64,000 nucleotides of DNA from Bacteroidota bacterium (lineage in GTDB: Bacteria > Bacteroidota > Bacteroidia > Bacteroidales > JAIFNL01), in contig JAIFNL010000118.1 of NCBI GenBank assembly GCA_020047755.1, positions 3,618-67,617 on the forward strand. The letters run 5' to 3'. Positions 27,020 to 37,225 of this stretch are shown here, one piece after another. The notes below the pieces were generated by a model that was given only the letters and a program-made list of their open reading frames with translations, had not been told where the DNA came from and did not search any database. The translations under genes and the position numbers were made by a program. Within the stretch, counting starts at the first letter, position 1, and each line of letters opens with the position of its first letter.

Positions 27020-30007
27020 TTACGGAATGATAGCTTTATAAACCGCATCGTGTACTTTTTGTCGCACTTTATGCCCGTTTATTTTTCCATTTTTGCTATC
27101 AGGATATACTCTATTTGAAATGAATACAAATACCAGTTCTTTTTCCGGATCCACCCACACACAATTGCCAGTAAAGCCGGTATGACCATAAGTTGTGCTC
27201 GATGCGTATTGGCTCATAATTGCCTTCGACGATTGGATTTCAAAACCCAAGCCACGCACGTGTCCGGCTTGGCGTTTGGTAAATAGTTCTACAACTTCGC
27301 TACTCAAGTAACGAGTTCCTCCGTAAGTGCCTTTGTTTAAGAGCATTTGGTACAAAATGCCTTGTTCTTTTGCTGTACTGAAAAGCCCTGCATTTCCGGC
27401 TATTCCGCCCAAAATGGCAGCAGAAGGGTCGTGTACATAACCTTGAAGTAGCTGATTGCGCCAAACTTTATCAAGCGCAGTTGGAACTATTTCATTTTTA
27501 GAGTGCTCTTTTAAAGGAAGAAAACAGGTATTTTTAAAACCTAATTCGTCGTAGAATGAGTTTTTTAAAAATTCATCTATGTTTTCGCCATTTAGCGAAT
27601 CAATTGCCATTTGAACCAATATCATATTCACATCGCTGTATTGATATTTTTTTTCCTGTGCCACATTGAGTTGCTTTGTTTCTATCCATAAAGTATCTCT
27701 GTATGAGTTTTTTAAATACATATTTTCTGCAATTTGTAGCCTCGAAGAGTCTGTTTTGTTCTTAGAATAATATTTTGCAAAAGCCTCTGACCGCTTCAAT
27801 TTTTTACCTTCCGAGTAAATAGTGTCGTATTTTGGCTCATTTTGTAAACTATCATTTACGTCTTGAAATACAGATGTTTTTATTTTAAAACTTTTTCGTT
27901 TTTGTGGCAATTTGTACAAAATATAAGGCAAAATAGGCAAAACTGGCATAATTCCCGATTCATGAACCAGCATTTCTTGCAAAGGAACTTTAAAAATATT
28001 GCGTTTGGGTGTTAATTTTGCAATAATGGTGTCGAAAGTAACTATCATGCTATCATTCAGATTTATAGTGTCGGTGGTTGCTAATAATTTTTTCAAATTT
28101 GGAATTTCTTTTAATAGCAAAGTATCTATTCGAATAATGGTGTCGGGAATTATTCGGGTATAATCTATTTTTGTGTTTTTCATGCAATTACTCAAGGTTG
28201 TAGTTAAGTTTATTTTTTTCAAATCGAACATTTTCATGGCAGCTAAGGTTGTTGCCGAAATTTTAGTAAGCGATGCCAAATCGTACAAATCGGTTTCTTT
28301 TACCTTATCTTGCTTTGAATAAGTGTGATAGCCAAATTGTTTGTTGTAAACAATTACTCCTTTATAGGCTACAAATATTTGGCAACCCGGAAATGCTCCT
28401 GCTGAAATTTCGGCAAGTGCAATACTATCAATTACTTCTAACTTTTTTGTGCTCATATTTACTTCTTCGGCAACTGCATATTTTAGCCGAGTTTTGATAC
28501 TTGTAAAAGTGCTTGGGAATAGTTTTTTTTCTTTGTAATAACTTGGTAAACAGCCTTTTAATCCAATTCCTCCCATAAGAGCTTGTGCACATAATTCTTG
28601 CTCAATAGGTAAATTTCCATAACTTTGAATAATTGTTTGGAAGCCTTCAAAGTGAGTTATATTTTTTACATTTCCGAAATTTATTAAAATTGGTTTTTGC
28701 TTGGTTTTGAGTGTGTTTATTATTTCTTCAATATATTTTAACTCTTCATTTGTTAGAGTTTCGGAGTTTAGAGTAATTATCAATTTATCTACCTTTTGCT
28801 TGATTATTTTTTTGTTTTTATTAAAATCAAATGCTGTAAATTCAATATAATTTCGAAGCATTGAATTAAAGGCTTCTGTATTTTTTCCTATATTGAAAAC
28901 CAAAAAGGTTTCTTTTACAGAAAGCAATGGAATTAATTTGTCTTTGTTTTTTAGAAGTGTAATCGAATTTTCTATTAATTTATTGGTTTGCAGTTGGTAT
29001 GAATTGTCTTCACATAAATTAGCTTGAAATTGAGTTTTGTCTTTCTCAATCCATTTTTTTGCTAAAAGCACTATTTTTACTTGTTCATCTAATTTTCCTT
29101 TTTTTATCTTTGTTCCAAGTTTTAGAAAACTTTGTATGAATTTTTCCGATTTTTTTGAAATAAGAAAAAAAGTATTTCCGTTTTCTATCAAATCAACTAA
29201 AATTTCTGTTTTAGGTATTTCTTTATCTCTAAAATCGCTAATAATTAAGCCGCCAAAATTTAGATTTTTTCGTAGATAAACCACAAGTGTGTTGGACGGA
29301 TTTTTTAAAAATAAAGCAGGTATTTTACTTTTAATCAATTCTTTTACTATTTTGAGTTCGTGTTGGTAAATTATTGTATCTTTTTTTAGATTTTCGAGGG
29401 AGAAATTACACCAATGTCCATTCAAAACTTTTTGATTATCACTTAGTTGTGTTGTTTTGATTGCTTTTAAAAGCAAGTCGCTATAAAAGGCAGAATCGTA
29501 TTCAAAGCTTGGGCGCAAATTGAGCAATGAAAATACGTGAAAATTTTGAGACAGAGATAAATTTAATTGCAAAATATATTCACTCAAATTTTGAGTAGAA
29601 TTAGAATCAGAATTTGCGAAAAAGTGATTGATATTCAAGTTTGTTTGTATTTTACTAAAATGACACAAACCATCAGCAAACAGATTTACAAAAATGGGTT
29701 TTTGAAGTTTTTGGGTACTCAATTTAGCTTTAAGTTGTTCAAAATGACCAAAATCATTGCCACTAAAAGCCAAAGCACCCGGAATAAAATTGTCGATTAA
29801 ACTATCTGTTTCTATAAACAAAAGTTGGCTTAACTTTTCTTTCTCTGTAAGCTTTTGCACTTCTTTTTCTGCCCAAGCACTATTGCTTTGCATAAATGAA
29901 GGTAAAATTGTAGTGTCTTTTTGTTGAAAAAAGTAATAAATACTTATAATAATTATGCCAATTAAAATCAACAATAATAAAGTAATTTGTATTTTTTTGC
30001 GTTTCAT
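27020..30007 (-). CDS. Fusion protein: N-terminal glycoside hydrolase family 3-like domain plus C-terminal serine beta-lactamase/esterase (class C-like) domain
   Basis: The ORF-track start is 30070, and MKRKKIQITLLLL (ATG at 30007) is more likely. GH3-like segments: WAEKEVQKLTEKEKLSQLLFIE and NFGGLIISDF. Beta-lactamase motifs: ASLTKISATT (SxxK), YQYSDVN (YxN-like) and GHTGFTG (KTG-like). Confidence 0.8.
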   Translation of the reverse strand: MKRKKIQITLLLLILIGIIIISIYYFFQQKDTTILPSFMQSNSAWAEKEVQKLTEKEKLSQLLFIETDSLIDNFIPGALAFSGNDFGHFEQLKAKLSTQKLQKPIFVNLFADGLCHFSKIQTNLNINHFFANSDSNSTQNLSEYILQLNLSLSQNFHVFSLLNLRPSFEYDSAFYSDLLLKAIKTTQLSDNQKVLNGHWCNFSLENLKKDTIIYQHELKIVKELIKSKIPALFLKNPSNTLVVYLRKNLNFGGLIISDFRDKEIPKTEILVDLIENGNTFFLISKKSEKFIQSFLKLGTKIKKGKLDEQVKIVLLAKKWIEKDKTQFQANLCEDNSYQLQTNKLIENSITLLKNKDKLIPLLSVKETFLVFNIGKNTEAFNSMLRNYIEFTAFDFNKNKKIIKQKVDKLIITLNSETLTNEELKYIEEIINTLKTKQKPILINFGNVKNITHFEGFQTIIQSYGNLPIEQELCAQALMGGIGLKGCLPSYYKEKKLFPSTFTSIKTRLKYAVAEEVNMSTKKLEVIDSIALAEISAGAFPGCQIFVAYKGVIVYNKQFGYHTYSKQDKVKETDLYDLASLTKISATTLAAMKMFDLKKINLTTTLSNCMKNTKIDYTRIIPDTIIRIDTLLLKEIPNLKKLLATTDTINLNDSMIVTFDTIIAKLTPKRNIFKVPLQEMLVHESGIMPVLPILPYILYKLPQKRKSFKIKTSVFQDVNDSLQNEPKYDTIYSEGKKLKRSEAFAKYYSKNKTDSSRLQIAENMYLKNSYRDTLWIETKQLNVAQEKKYQYSDVNMILVQMAIDSLNGENIDEFLKNSFYDELGFKNTCFLPLKEHSKNEIVPTALDKVWRNQLLQGYVHDPSAAILGGIAGNAGLFSTAKEQGILYQMLLNKGTYGGTRYLSSEVVELFTKRQAGHVRGLGFEIQSSKAIMSQYASSTTYGHTGFTGNCVWVDPEKELVFVFISNRVYPDSKNGKINGHKVRQKVHDAVYKAIIP

Positions 30008-30085
30008 GTGTCGGTAAATCGAATGTAAATAAAAAATTGCTAAGAGAAAAAGGTATGCTTCTCTTAGCAACTTTTTGAAAATAAG

Positions 30086-32137
30086 TTAGTTTATTGAAAT
30101 TATTTTGGCTTCTACCCTTCTGTTTATTTGCCTACCTTCGGGTGTTTTATTGTTTGCAACGGGCTTGTCTGGTCCGTAACCTACTGATAGTATTCTATTT
30201 TTTTCTATTCCATTAGTTATAAGGTAATTAACAACAGATACTGCTCGCTCTGTTGATAATTTTTTATTAGAAAAAGCACTTCCAATATTGTCAGTATGTC
30301 CCGATATTTCAATTTTTATTTTCAAATTATTTTTAAGTAATTGAGCTAATACATTAAGTTCTGCATACGATTCTGGACGCAAAATGGCGGCATTACTGTC
30401 AAAAAAAACGTTTTTAAGCACAATTGCAGCACCTATTTCAATAGGCGATAGTTCAAAATTCTTTGTAAATCTTTGGAATTTTACCGATTTTTGTACCTCT
30501 ATATTGTCCGAAGCAAACATATATTCGTCTGATTTTACCGAAATACTATAATTTTTTCCTGCCGGAAGCGATATTTGGTAAGCACCAGTTTCGGGATTTG
30601 ATTTTTCGGAATAAACTACCACATTTTTTTCTTTATCAATAATTTCAATTACTGCTGAAATGGGAAGTTGTGTACGTTTGCTTGTTATTTTACCAGACAA
30701 AACAGTTGACAAAACTGGTTGCAAAAGTTCTATTTTGGGAGCTTTTAATTCAGAAAATGACAAAAAATTATCTTCCACATTTTGATATGATGGTTTTTCG
30801 TCGCCCAAAAATGTGATTTTATAAATATCTAAAGACCCTAAACTATTTTCGTTTTCACTGGCATAAAATGCTGTTTTATTATCAGGTAAAGAGTAGTAAC
30901 TCAACTGGTTTGTTGCTGTATTTATCGGATTTCCTAGGTTTATAGGAGCCGACCAATTACCATTTTCGTTAAGTTCGAGTTTGAAGATATCGAAACCACC
31001 ACTTCCTGCTAAACCGTTGCTTGCAAAATAGAGCGTTTGATTATCGTGCGAAAGGCACACCGAAAGTTCATCTTTTGGCGAATTGATTTCAAAGCCTAAA
31101 TTTTGAGGAATATCCCACTTACCATTTGATTTCTTGCGGCTTACATAAATATCGAAACCACCAAAGCCGCCTTCTTTGTTGCTTGTAAAGTAAAGCGTGG
31201 AGTCGTTGTTTGAGAGTGTTGCCGAGTTTTCTTTGCCTTTTTTACTGTTGATGGTATTGCCCAAATTACTTGGTTTTGACCATGTCGAAAGTTTTCTGTT
31301 GGCTATATACAAATCTCCTTCGTTTTCTAACCCTTTGTAAATAAATGCAATATCACCTTTTGAACTTAAACCAACCAATGCATCATTATTTTTGGTCGAA
31401 AATATTTTGCCTATATTTTGGCTAGTTTTCCAGGTTTCGTTTGAAAACTCAGATTGGAAAATATCTTCGTAGTAATTATTATTGTACTTATTTATTTTTT
31501 CGCCAGTAGTATTTTCTCTCTCTGAAGTGAATATAAGTACTTGATTTTCAACATCAAAAAGTGGATTATACTCGTTGTATTGCGTGTTGATTGCATCGCC
31601 TAAATTATCGATGTAGCACCTTTTTTGTTTACTTAAAAATTCTTTGCCTTTGAGACATTCCAATATCAAAAGCTCTATTTTTGTTTCTATCTTAGGTAAA
31701 TCGCTTGGTGCAACCGATAGTTTATATTTTTCGTAGGCACTTATTGCTTTGTCATATTCCGAATTTAATTGGTATGCTTTGGCAAGTAAAAATTGTACAT
31801 CTTTAGCTACAAATTCATTTAAACCGAGAGCTTCTTCAAAATATATTGCCGCTTTACTTTTTTGAGGCGCATATAAGTAACACAAGCCCAAGTTGTATTT
31901 CAGTTTTGCTAGTTGGGGATTGTAAATATCAGCTTTTGAAAATAATTCCGCTGCTTTTAGTGCATTTGATTTATGAATATTGAACACTTTTTCTGCTTCT
32001 GTGAGTGCTTTCCACGCACCGCTATCTGGCTGATTTTTAATGATAAACTCCTTTTTACTTATTGGCAAGAGCTCTTGCGCAAAGTTTGTGTTTATTATCA
32101 AAAATAGAGAAATGAAAAATAAAATTGTTTTTTTCAT
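30086..32137 (-). CDS. OmpA-family outer-membrane-associated protein: signal - TPR - PD40/WD40-like beta-propeller repeats - CarboxypepD_reg-like - OmpA C-terminal domain
   Basis: 683 aa. PD40-like units such as NSATLSNNDSTLYFTSNKEGGFGGFDIY. OmpA_C region: GHTDNIGSAFSNKKLSTERAVSVVNYL...NRRVEAKI. Confidence 0.85.
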   Translation of the reverse strand: MKKTILFFISLFLIINTNFAQELLPISKKEFIIKNQPDSGAWKALTEAEKVFNIHKSNALKAAELFSKADIYNPQLAKLKYNLGLCYLYAPQKSKAAIYFEEALGLNEFVAKDVQFLLAKAYQLNSEYDKAISAYEKYKLSVAPSDLPKIETKIELLILECLKGKEFLSKQKRCYIDNLGDAINTQYNEYNPLFDVENQVLIFTSERENTTGEKINKYNNNYYEDIFQSEFSNETWKTSQNIGKIFSTKNNDALVGLSSKGDIAFIYKGLENEGDLYIANRKLSTWSKPSNLGNTINSKKGKENSATLSNNDSTLYFTSNKEGGFGGFDIYVSRKKSNGKWDIPQNLGFEINSPKDELSVCLSHDNQTLYFASNGLAGSGGFDIFKLELNENGNWSAPINLGNPINTATNQLSYYSLPDNKTAFYASENENSLGSLDIYKITFLGDEKPSYQNVEDNFLSFSELKAPKIELLQPVLSTVLSGKITSKRTQLPISAVIEIIDKEKNVVVYSEKSNPETGAYQISLPAGKNYSISVKSDEYMFASDNIEVQKSVKFQRFTKNFELSPIEIGAAIVLKNVFFDSNAAILRPESYAELNVLAQLLKNNLKIKIEISGHTDNIGSAFSNKKLSTERAVSVVNYLITNGIEKNRILSVGYGPDKPVANNKTPEGRQINRRVEAKIISIN

Positions 32138-32209
32138 ATGTTTATATATTTTAAAAATTTTACATCTTTTTTATAGTAATTTTGCTGAAATATTTTTTTC
32201 ATACACTAT

Positions 32210-34288
32210 TTATAAAATTTCAAATTGAACTCGTCTATTATTTTGCCTTCCTTCAATTGTTTCGTTGCTCGATAAAGGTTTGGAATATCCGTAACCTTTG
32301 AAAGTGAGTCGGTTAGAATCAATACCTTTACTAATTAGATAATCAACAACAGCTTTTGAACGACTCGTAGAAAGTTTATTATTGTAATCTAAACCTCCTA
32401 CATTATCTGTATGTCCTTGAATTTCAATTTTTAAGCTAGGATTTTCATTCAAAAGAGTAAACAACCGATTCAGTTCTGTGTTTGATTCTTCGCGCAAAAT
32501 TGATTTTCCTGTGTCAAAAAAGATGTTTCTAAGAATAATTCCAGAGCCTTTTAAGAATTTTAATAGTTTTATGTCTTTATTAATTTCTTGATAACCAGTT
32601 GAATTTGGAATATCTACGTTTTCAGAGTGAAATAAATATTGATCTTTTTTAACTGCTATTCCGTAATTGTAACCCGAAGGCAAAGGAATTAAATACTTTC
32701 CTGTGATTGAATTTGAGGTAAAGCTTGAAATAAGTTTTCCGGTTAAATTATCTACTATTTCTATTTTAGCCTCAAGCGGTTGGTTTGTAATAGAATCGGC
32801 AATAATTCCTTTTAATATGGTTAAGCGAATTTTCTTTATTTCTATCGATTTTTCTATTGTTTTTTCTTTTATTGGAATGGTTAAACTTGCTAGCAAATTA
32901 TCTTCATTGTTTTGAAGCAATGGTTTACGTTCTCCTAAAAAAGTAATCTGGTAAATATCTGTTTCGCCTTTGCCGCCTACTTGGTTCGATGCAAAATAGC
33001 CATGCTTTCCATTGGCTGAAATTACAAAAAATACTTCGTTGTTGGGAGTATTTATCGGATTTCCAATGTTTTCTGGTTTTGACCAAGTTCCATTTTCCTG
33101 CAAAGTTGTACTAAAAATATCATAGCCGCCCATAGAATTGTGTCCTTCGGAGCTAAAATACAAGGTGCGTCCGTCGGGGTGAAGAAAGATTGATACTTCA
33201 TCTAATTTTGTATTTACCACATTTCCAAGGTTTTCTATATTATCCCAGTCTCCATTTTTATTGAGTGTGGCTTTAAAAATATCATGCTTTCCAAAATTAT
33301 TGTTTGGGTTGTCCGAAACAAAATAAATGGTTTGCTCATCGGGCGAAAGGCAAGCTGAAGCCTCATGATACTTGGTATTTAGGCTTTTAGAGTACTGACG
33401 AGGTTTCGACCATTCTTTGCCATTTAAATTACTTTGAAACAAATCGCCGTTGCCCGAAGTGCTTCTATAAATTATAAGTTTTTGTCCGTCAGCGGTTAAG
33501 CTAACTGTGGCATCGTGTTCTTTTGTATTTACTTTGTTGCCAATATTTTGAGCCGGTTTCCATTCGCCATTTTTATCTATTTCAGCAAAATAAATGTCTT
33601 CAAAATATTCGTTATCGTCTAATGAACGCTCGCCACCAGTAGTATTTTCGCGGCGCGAGGTAAAAATAAGCAAGGATTCATCAGCAGAAATCAGTGGGCT
33701 ATATTCTGCCGATGCGGTATTTACATTATTTCCAATGTTGTCGATAAATATGTTTAGCTTTGTAGCCATCAATTCCTTGGCATTTCTACAATTTTCGATT
33801 AAAACAATTGGGTCTTCTACCTGAATTTCAAATTGTTCCATGATTTTTGGTGGCAAACTGTTTATGAATTTTTCGTACTGCTCTATTGCTTTTTCAAATT
33901 CATAGTTTGCATGGTAGGCTTTGGCTAGCCAAAACCGAAAATCGGGTGCAATATTAGCCTTTTCGCTTGCTTTTTCTAAAAATAAAACAGCTTTTTCTTT
34001 TTGTGGCGAAAACAAATAGCAAATACCAAGTTTATAATTTAGTTCCGCGTTTTTTGAGTTGTAAGTTACGGCTTCTAAATAATTTTTTAGCGCAATGTTA
34101 TAATAGGCAGAACCTGCTGCAAATGCTTCATCTCCAGCTTTTATACTCTGCCATGCTTGCTTGAAAGCATCGTCGTTTGAGTCTATTTTAAATTCTTTTC
34201 TGTCGATACTTACAGGAGTTTGTCCTTTTACCAGAAAACTTAAATATAAAACAGCTAAAAAAAGCAATATGGTTTTTTTAAAATTCAT
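32210..34288 (-). CDS. OmpA-family protein, tandem paralog of 30086..32137 with the same TPR-PD40-OmpA_C architecture
   Basis: 692 aa, collinear with the neighbour (LKYNLGLCYLY vs LNYKLGICYLF; FTSERENTTG vs FTSRRENTTG). OmpA_C region: GHTDNVGGLDYNNKLSTSRSKAVVDYL...NRRVQFEI. Confidence 0.85.
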   Translation of the reverse strand: MNFKKTILLFLAVLYLSFLVKGQTPVSIDRKEFKIDSNDDAFKQAWQSIKAGDEAFAAGSAYYNIALKNYLEAVTYNSKNAELNYKLGICYLFSPQKEKAVLFLEKASEKANIAPDFRFWLAKAYHANYEFEKAIEQYEKFINSLPPKIMEQFEIQVEDPIVLIENCRNAKELMATKLNIFIDNIGNNVNTASAEYSPLISADESLLIFTSRRENTTGGERSLDDNEYFEDIYFAEIDKNGEWKPAQNIGNKVNTKEHDATVSLTADGQKLIIYRSTSGNGDLFQSNLNGKEWSKPRQYSKSLNTKYHEASACLSPDEQTIYFVSDNPNNNFGKHDIFKATLNKNGDWDNIENLGNVVNTKLDEVSIFLHPDGRTLYFSSEGHNSMGGYDIFSTTLQENGTWSKPENIGNPINTPNNEVFFVISANGKHGYFASNQVGGKGETDIYQITFLGERKPLLQNNEDNLLASLTIPIKEKTIEKSIEIKKIRLTILKGIIADSITNQPLEAKIEIVDNLTGKLISSFTSNSITGKYLIPLPSGYNYGIAVKKDQYLFHSENVDIPNSTGYQEINKDIKLLKFLKGSGIILRNIFFDTGKSILREESNTELNRLFTLLNENPSLKIEIQGHTDNVGGLDYNNKLSTSRSKAVVDYLISKGIDSNRLTFKGYGYSKPLSSNETIEGRQNNRRVQFEIL

Positions 34289-34655
34289 TTTGAAATTGGT
34301 TAAGAGTACTTTTTAAAATTAAAATTTTCTGTGGATTTTAAAATCAAATCTCGAGATATGAATTTTTGTGAGTGGTGCCCGAAAGAAAACTGCCGATAAC
34401 GCATTTTGAAATTTTAAAATCGCAGTTTAGATACTGTAAATGACGGTTCAAAAATTTCAAAATAACGCAAAAGTTATGTTTTATTTCAGACGCTAAGTAA
34501 TTATGCGATTGAATAATATATCGATGTGCCTATGTTTTTGGGCATCTCAAAAAATAGTATTATCCGATTTATATTTACTTCAAAATTTAGATTGAGTCAT
34601 AAATTTGTTCTGTTTTAAAAAAAAGTAATGTTATAAGTTCTTATCTGTTTTTGAA

Positions 34656-35717
34656 CTAATTGCAATCTTGCATTAAGCTTTCTGCTGTTTTTACACCAAG
34701 TTCTAATGCTTTTTTCCAATCGGCACAAGCCTCCTTGGGTAATCGTAGCATTTCTTTGGCACTGCCTCTGTTAAAATAAGCAAAGCCATAGTTTGGGTCT
34801 AATTCAATAGCTTTATCTAATATTTGTGCGGCTTCTTGATATTTTTCGAGTTTTAAAAGAACAGTAGCCAAGTTGTTGTAGGCAAAGGCATAATCAGGTT
34901 TCAATTGGCTTGCCTTTTTGAAGTTTTCGGCAGCTTTTTCATAGTTATTCATCTGAAAATAAGCGCTTCCCATATTGTTGTAAGCAATGTAATAATCTGC
35001 TTTCAAAGCAACTGCTTTTTCGTAGGCTGCAACGGCTTCTTCGTAGTTTCCGTTTTGCTTTAAAGCACTACCTAAATTATTGTAAATTAGAGCAATATTC
35101 CCATTTTTTTCGATTGCAGTTTTGTAATCGCTAATGGCTCCTGCTAAATCGTTTTGTTGCCTTTTGGTACTTGCACGGTCGTTGTAGGCAAAAGCAAAAT
35201 TAGAATCAAAGTTGATTGATTTTGTAAAACAATCTTCTGCTTCTTTGTAATTATCTGATTGAAAGTATGTTATTCCTAAATAGTAATACACTTTTGAGTC
35301 TTCGTATGATGAGCTTATCGCCGATTTTAAATCGGTATTGGCTTGCGAAAATTCATTTTTATTAAATTTTAGAAGTGCTCGGCTAAAGTAAGCAATGCCC
35401 ATTTTCGAATCAATTTCGAGGGCTTTGTCAAAATCTTCTAGCGCCTTGTCGTTTTGGTTTAGCTCTGTTTTTACTACACCTCTGTTAAAATAAGCCTTAG
35501 CAAACTCACCGTTTATTGCTATTGCTTTGTCAAAATTTTCTACTGCACCTTGGTAATTTTTCATCTTAAACTCTTCAATTCCTTGGTTATAGAATGTTTC
35601 TGCTTCTTGACCTTGAGCCGCTACTAGTGTTGCGCTTGTGTCGGTTATTGCAGGTTCTTGTGCAAATAAGTGGGTTATAAGCACTAAAAAGGTTGTGATT
35701 AACGTAATTTTTTTCAT
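34656..35717 (-). CDS. TPR repeat protein with a signal peptide
   Basis: 353 aa, MKKITLITTFLVLITHLFAQ. About eight consecutive TPR units follow, for example AVENFDKAIAINGEFAKAYFNRG and AAENFKKASQLKPDYAFAYNNLA. Confidence 0.85.
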   Translation of the reverse strand: MKKITLITTFLVLITHLFAQEPAITDTSATLVAAQGQEAETFYNQGIEEFKMKNYQGAVENFDKAIAINGEFAKAYFNRGVVKTELNQNDKALEDFDKALEIDSKMGIAYFSRALLKFNKNEFSQANTDLKSAISSSYEDSKVYYYLGITYFQSDNYKEAEDCFTKSINFDSNFAFAYNDRASTKRQQNDLAGAISDYKTAIEKNGNIALIYNNLGSALKQNGNYEEAVAAYEKAVALKADYYIAYNNMGSAYFQMNNYEKAAENFKKASQLKPDYAFAYNNLATVLLKLEKYQEAAQILDKAIELDPNYGFAYFNRGSAKEMLRLPKEACADWKKALELGVKTAESLMQDCN

Positions 35718-36595
35718 AGTATTATCTGTTATGAAAATTTATAATTTTTAAATTATTTTTTATATTAATTTGTATTTTTATGTTTAAATTACTAAAATTA
35801 AATTTGTATTTTTAAATCTTAATAATAGCAGAAAATATTTTTGTTAAAAGCCTTGTTGTATAAGTCCGATTTTTTAATTATATCTAAAAATGAAAATACC
35901 AATAATTGCATTTTCATTTTACTTTTTTTATCGTATTCAGGTTATTAACTAAAATAAACGTAAAAAATTGTAAGAAAATTCGTTTTTTATTTATTCAAAT
36001 TTACAAAAAAAAATTAAAAAGAACTATTTTTATTTTAGAAATAAAATAATGCAAATTGCTTAAATAATTTAAATGATTGAAAATTAGGCAAATAAATTCT
36101 ATTTTCTTTCTTTTTAAACCTCAAATATTTTGCTTGCCTTCTCAAAACAGCACAAAAGGAGTGTTTTATTTGAGGCATGGAAGCTTACACTCTGTTTTTT
36201 ACAGCTATTTTACATCTTTAAGCTACTCAGAAACCTCAATCGATTGTATATTTTTGAATTTTCAAAAAAGAAAGGCGGTATTTATTGTTTTTTTTTTAAT
36301 TTTAAAAAATAAAATTATTTTTGATGATAAAGGCGAGTATTTTGAGTTTTTTAATATTTTAATTCTCTGAAATTTAGATTATTATTTACTCTCACCAAAG
36401 TAGCTTTTGTCAAATTTAATATTTTAGTCTAAATTTTGTTTAAAAAGATTTTTATATTTATTAATTTCATCTTATATTGTGAACTAATTAATTTTAGAAT
36501 TAATCTATTTTTTTATTATGTTTAATTGTAAAAAAAATAAGTAACTATTTAGTATTAAAGAAAATACAGAATCTTGTTTTTTTTTCAAACACCTT

Positions 36596-37063
36596 TTGAC
36601 ATTGGCAAGGAAAGGCTTATTTGCAGTTTTTTTGTTTTTATTTGGGTTTTCTATTCGTTTATCAGCTCAAATTGGTGAACAAGAGGAGATGATTTATCAT
36701 TTGTTTCAATTCGTTGATTGGAATCAAACTGCTGTTGCTTCCAACGATTTTTTTTTGATTTGCAATGGAAAAAAAATTAAAGTTTTTAATTTTTTTGATT
36801 TAAAAAAAGATGATACCTTTGATTTAGTTTATTTATCTGAAAATGAAGTAGATAAATCAGAAGAAGTTATTACTTTTTGCAACGAACATAAAATTTTGTC
36901 GGTTAGTTCAAACAACCCTTCTTTTTGTAAAAAAGGAGGAATTGTTAATTTTGCTTACAAGCGCTTAGTTTGTGATATTCAGATTAATAATAAAATGGCT
37001 TTGCTTAATCGTATTTATTTCAGTCCACAATTGCTGAATATTGCAGAAATTATTGGATATTGA
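36596..37063 (+). CDS. YfiR-like periplasmic protein (DUF4154 family)
   Basis: 155 aa with a signal peptide, starting at TTG. The pattern matches Pseudomonas YfiR: YHLFQFVDW, FLIC, DLVYL, ILSVSS...FCKKGGIVNF and IQINNKMALLNRIYFSPQLLNIAE. Confidence 0.7.
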   Translation: MTLARKGLFAVFLFLFGFSIRLSAQIGEQEEMIYHLFQFVDWNQTAVASNDFFLICNGKKIKVFNFFDLKKDDTFDLVYLSENEVDKSEEVITFCNEHKILSVSSNNPSFCKKGGIVNFAYKRLVCDIQINNKMALLNRIYFSPQLLNIAEIIGY

Positions 37064-37069
37064 TAAGTT

Positions 37070-37152
37070 GTGAGCCAAAGTTAATTGTATATTTCGTTTT
37101 GCAAGTGCTTAAAAAAAGGGTTGCTCAAAAATAAAATAGCACTTGTGCTTAA
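37070..37152 (+). repeat. Interspersed intergenic repeat, copy B
   Basis: gtgagccaaagttaattgtatatttcgttttgcaagtgcttaaaaaaagggttgctcaaaaataaaatagcacttgtgcttaa. Collinear with copy A except for an internal indel of about 14 nt. Confidence 0.85.
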
Positions 37153-37225
37153 TTTTAGAGTAAAAGCAACAAGATGTTTTGTTTTTTTATCGCAAAACAA
37201 TACAAAATTATATTAAAATAATGAA

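Noticed and set aside
30008-30070. N-terminal extension of the GH3/beta-lactamase ORF, and likewise 61104..61142 for rarA and 61366..61407 for the wHTH gene
   Set aside because: The internal ATG gives the canonical N-terminus in each case (MKRKK signal anchor, MNEPLAERLRP, MEIKELIL). The extensions are hydrophobic or AT-driven.
36077-36370. ORFs 36077..36370 and 36130..36312 (+) in the 880-bp gap
   Set aside because: They are overlapping, Phe/Ile/Lys-rich and have no family resemblance. I treated the region as non-coding, with a possible sRNA instead.
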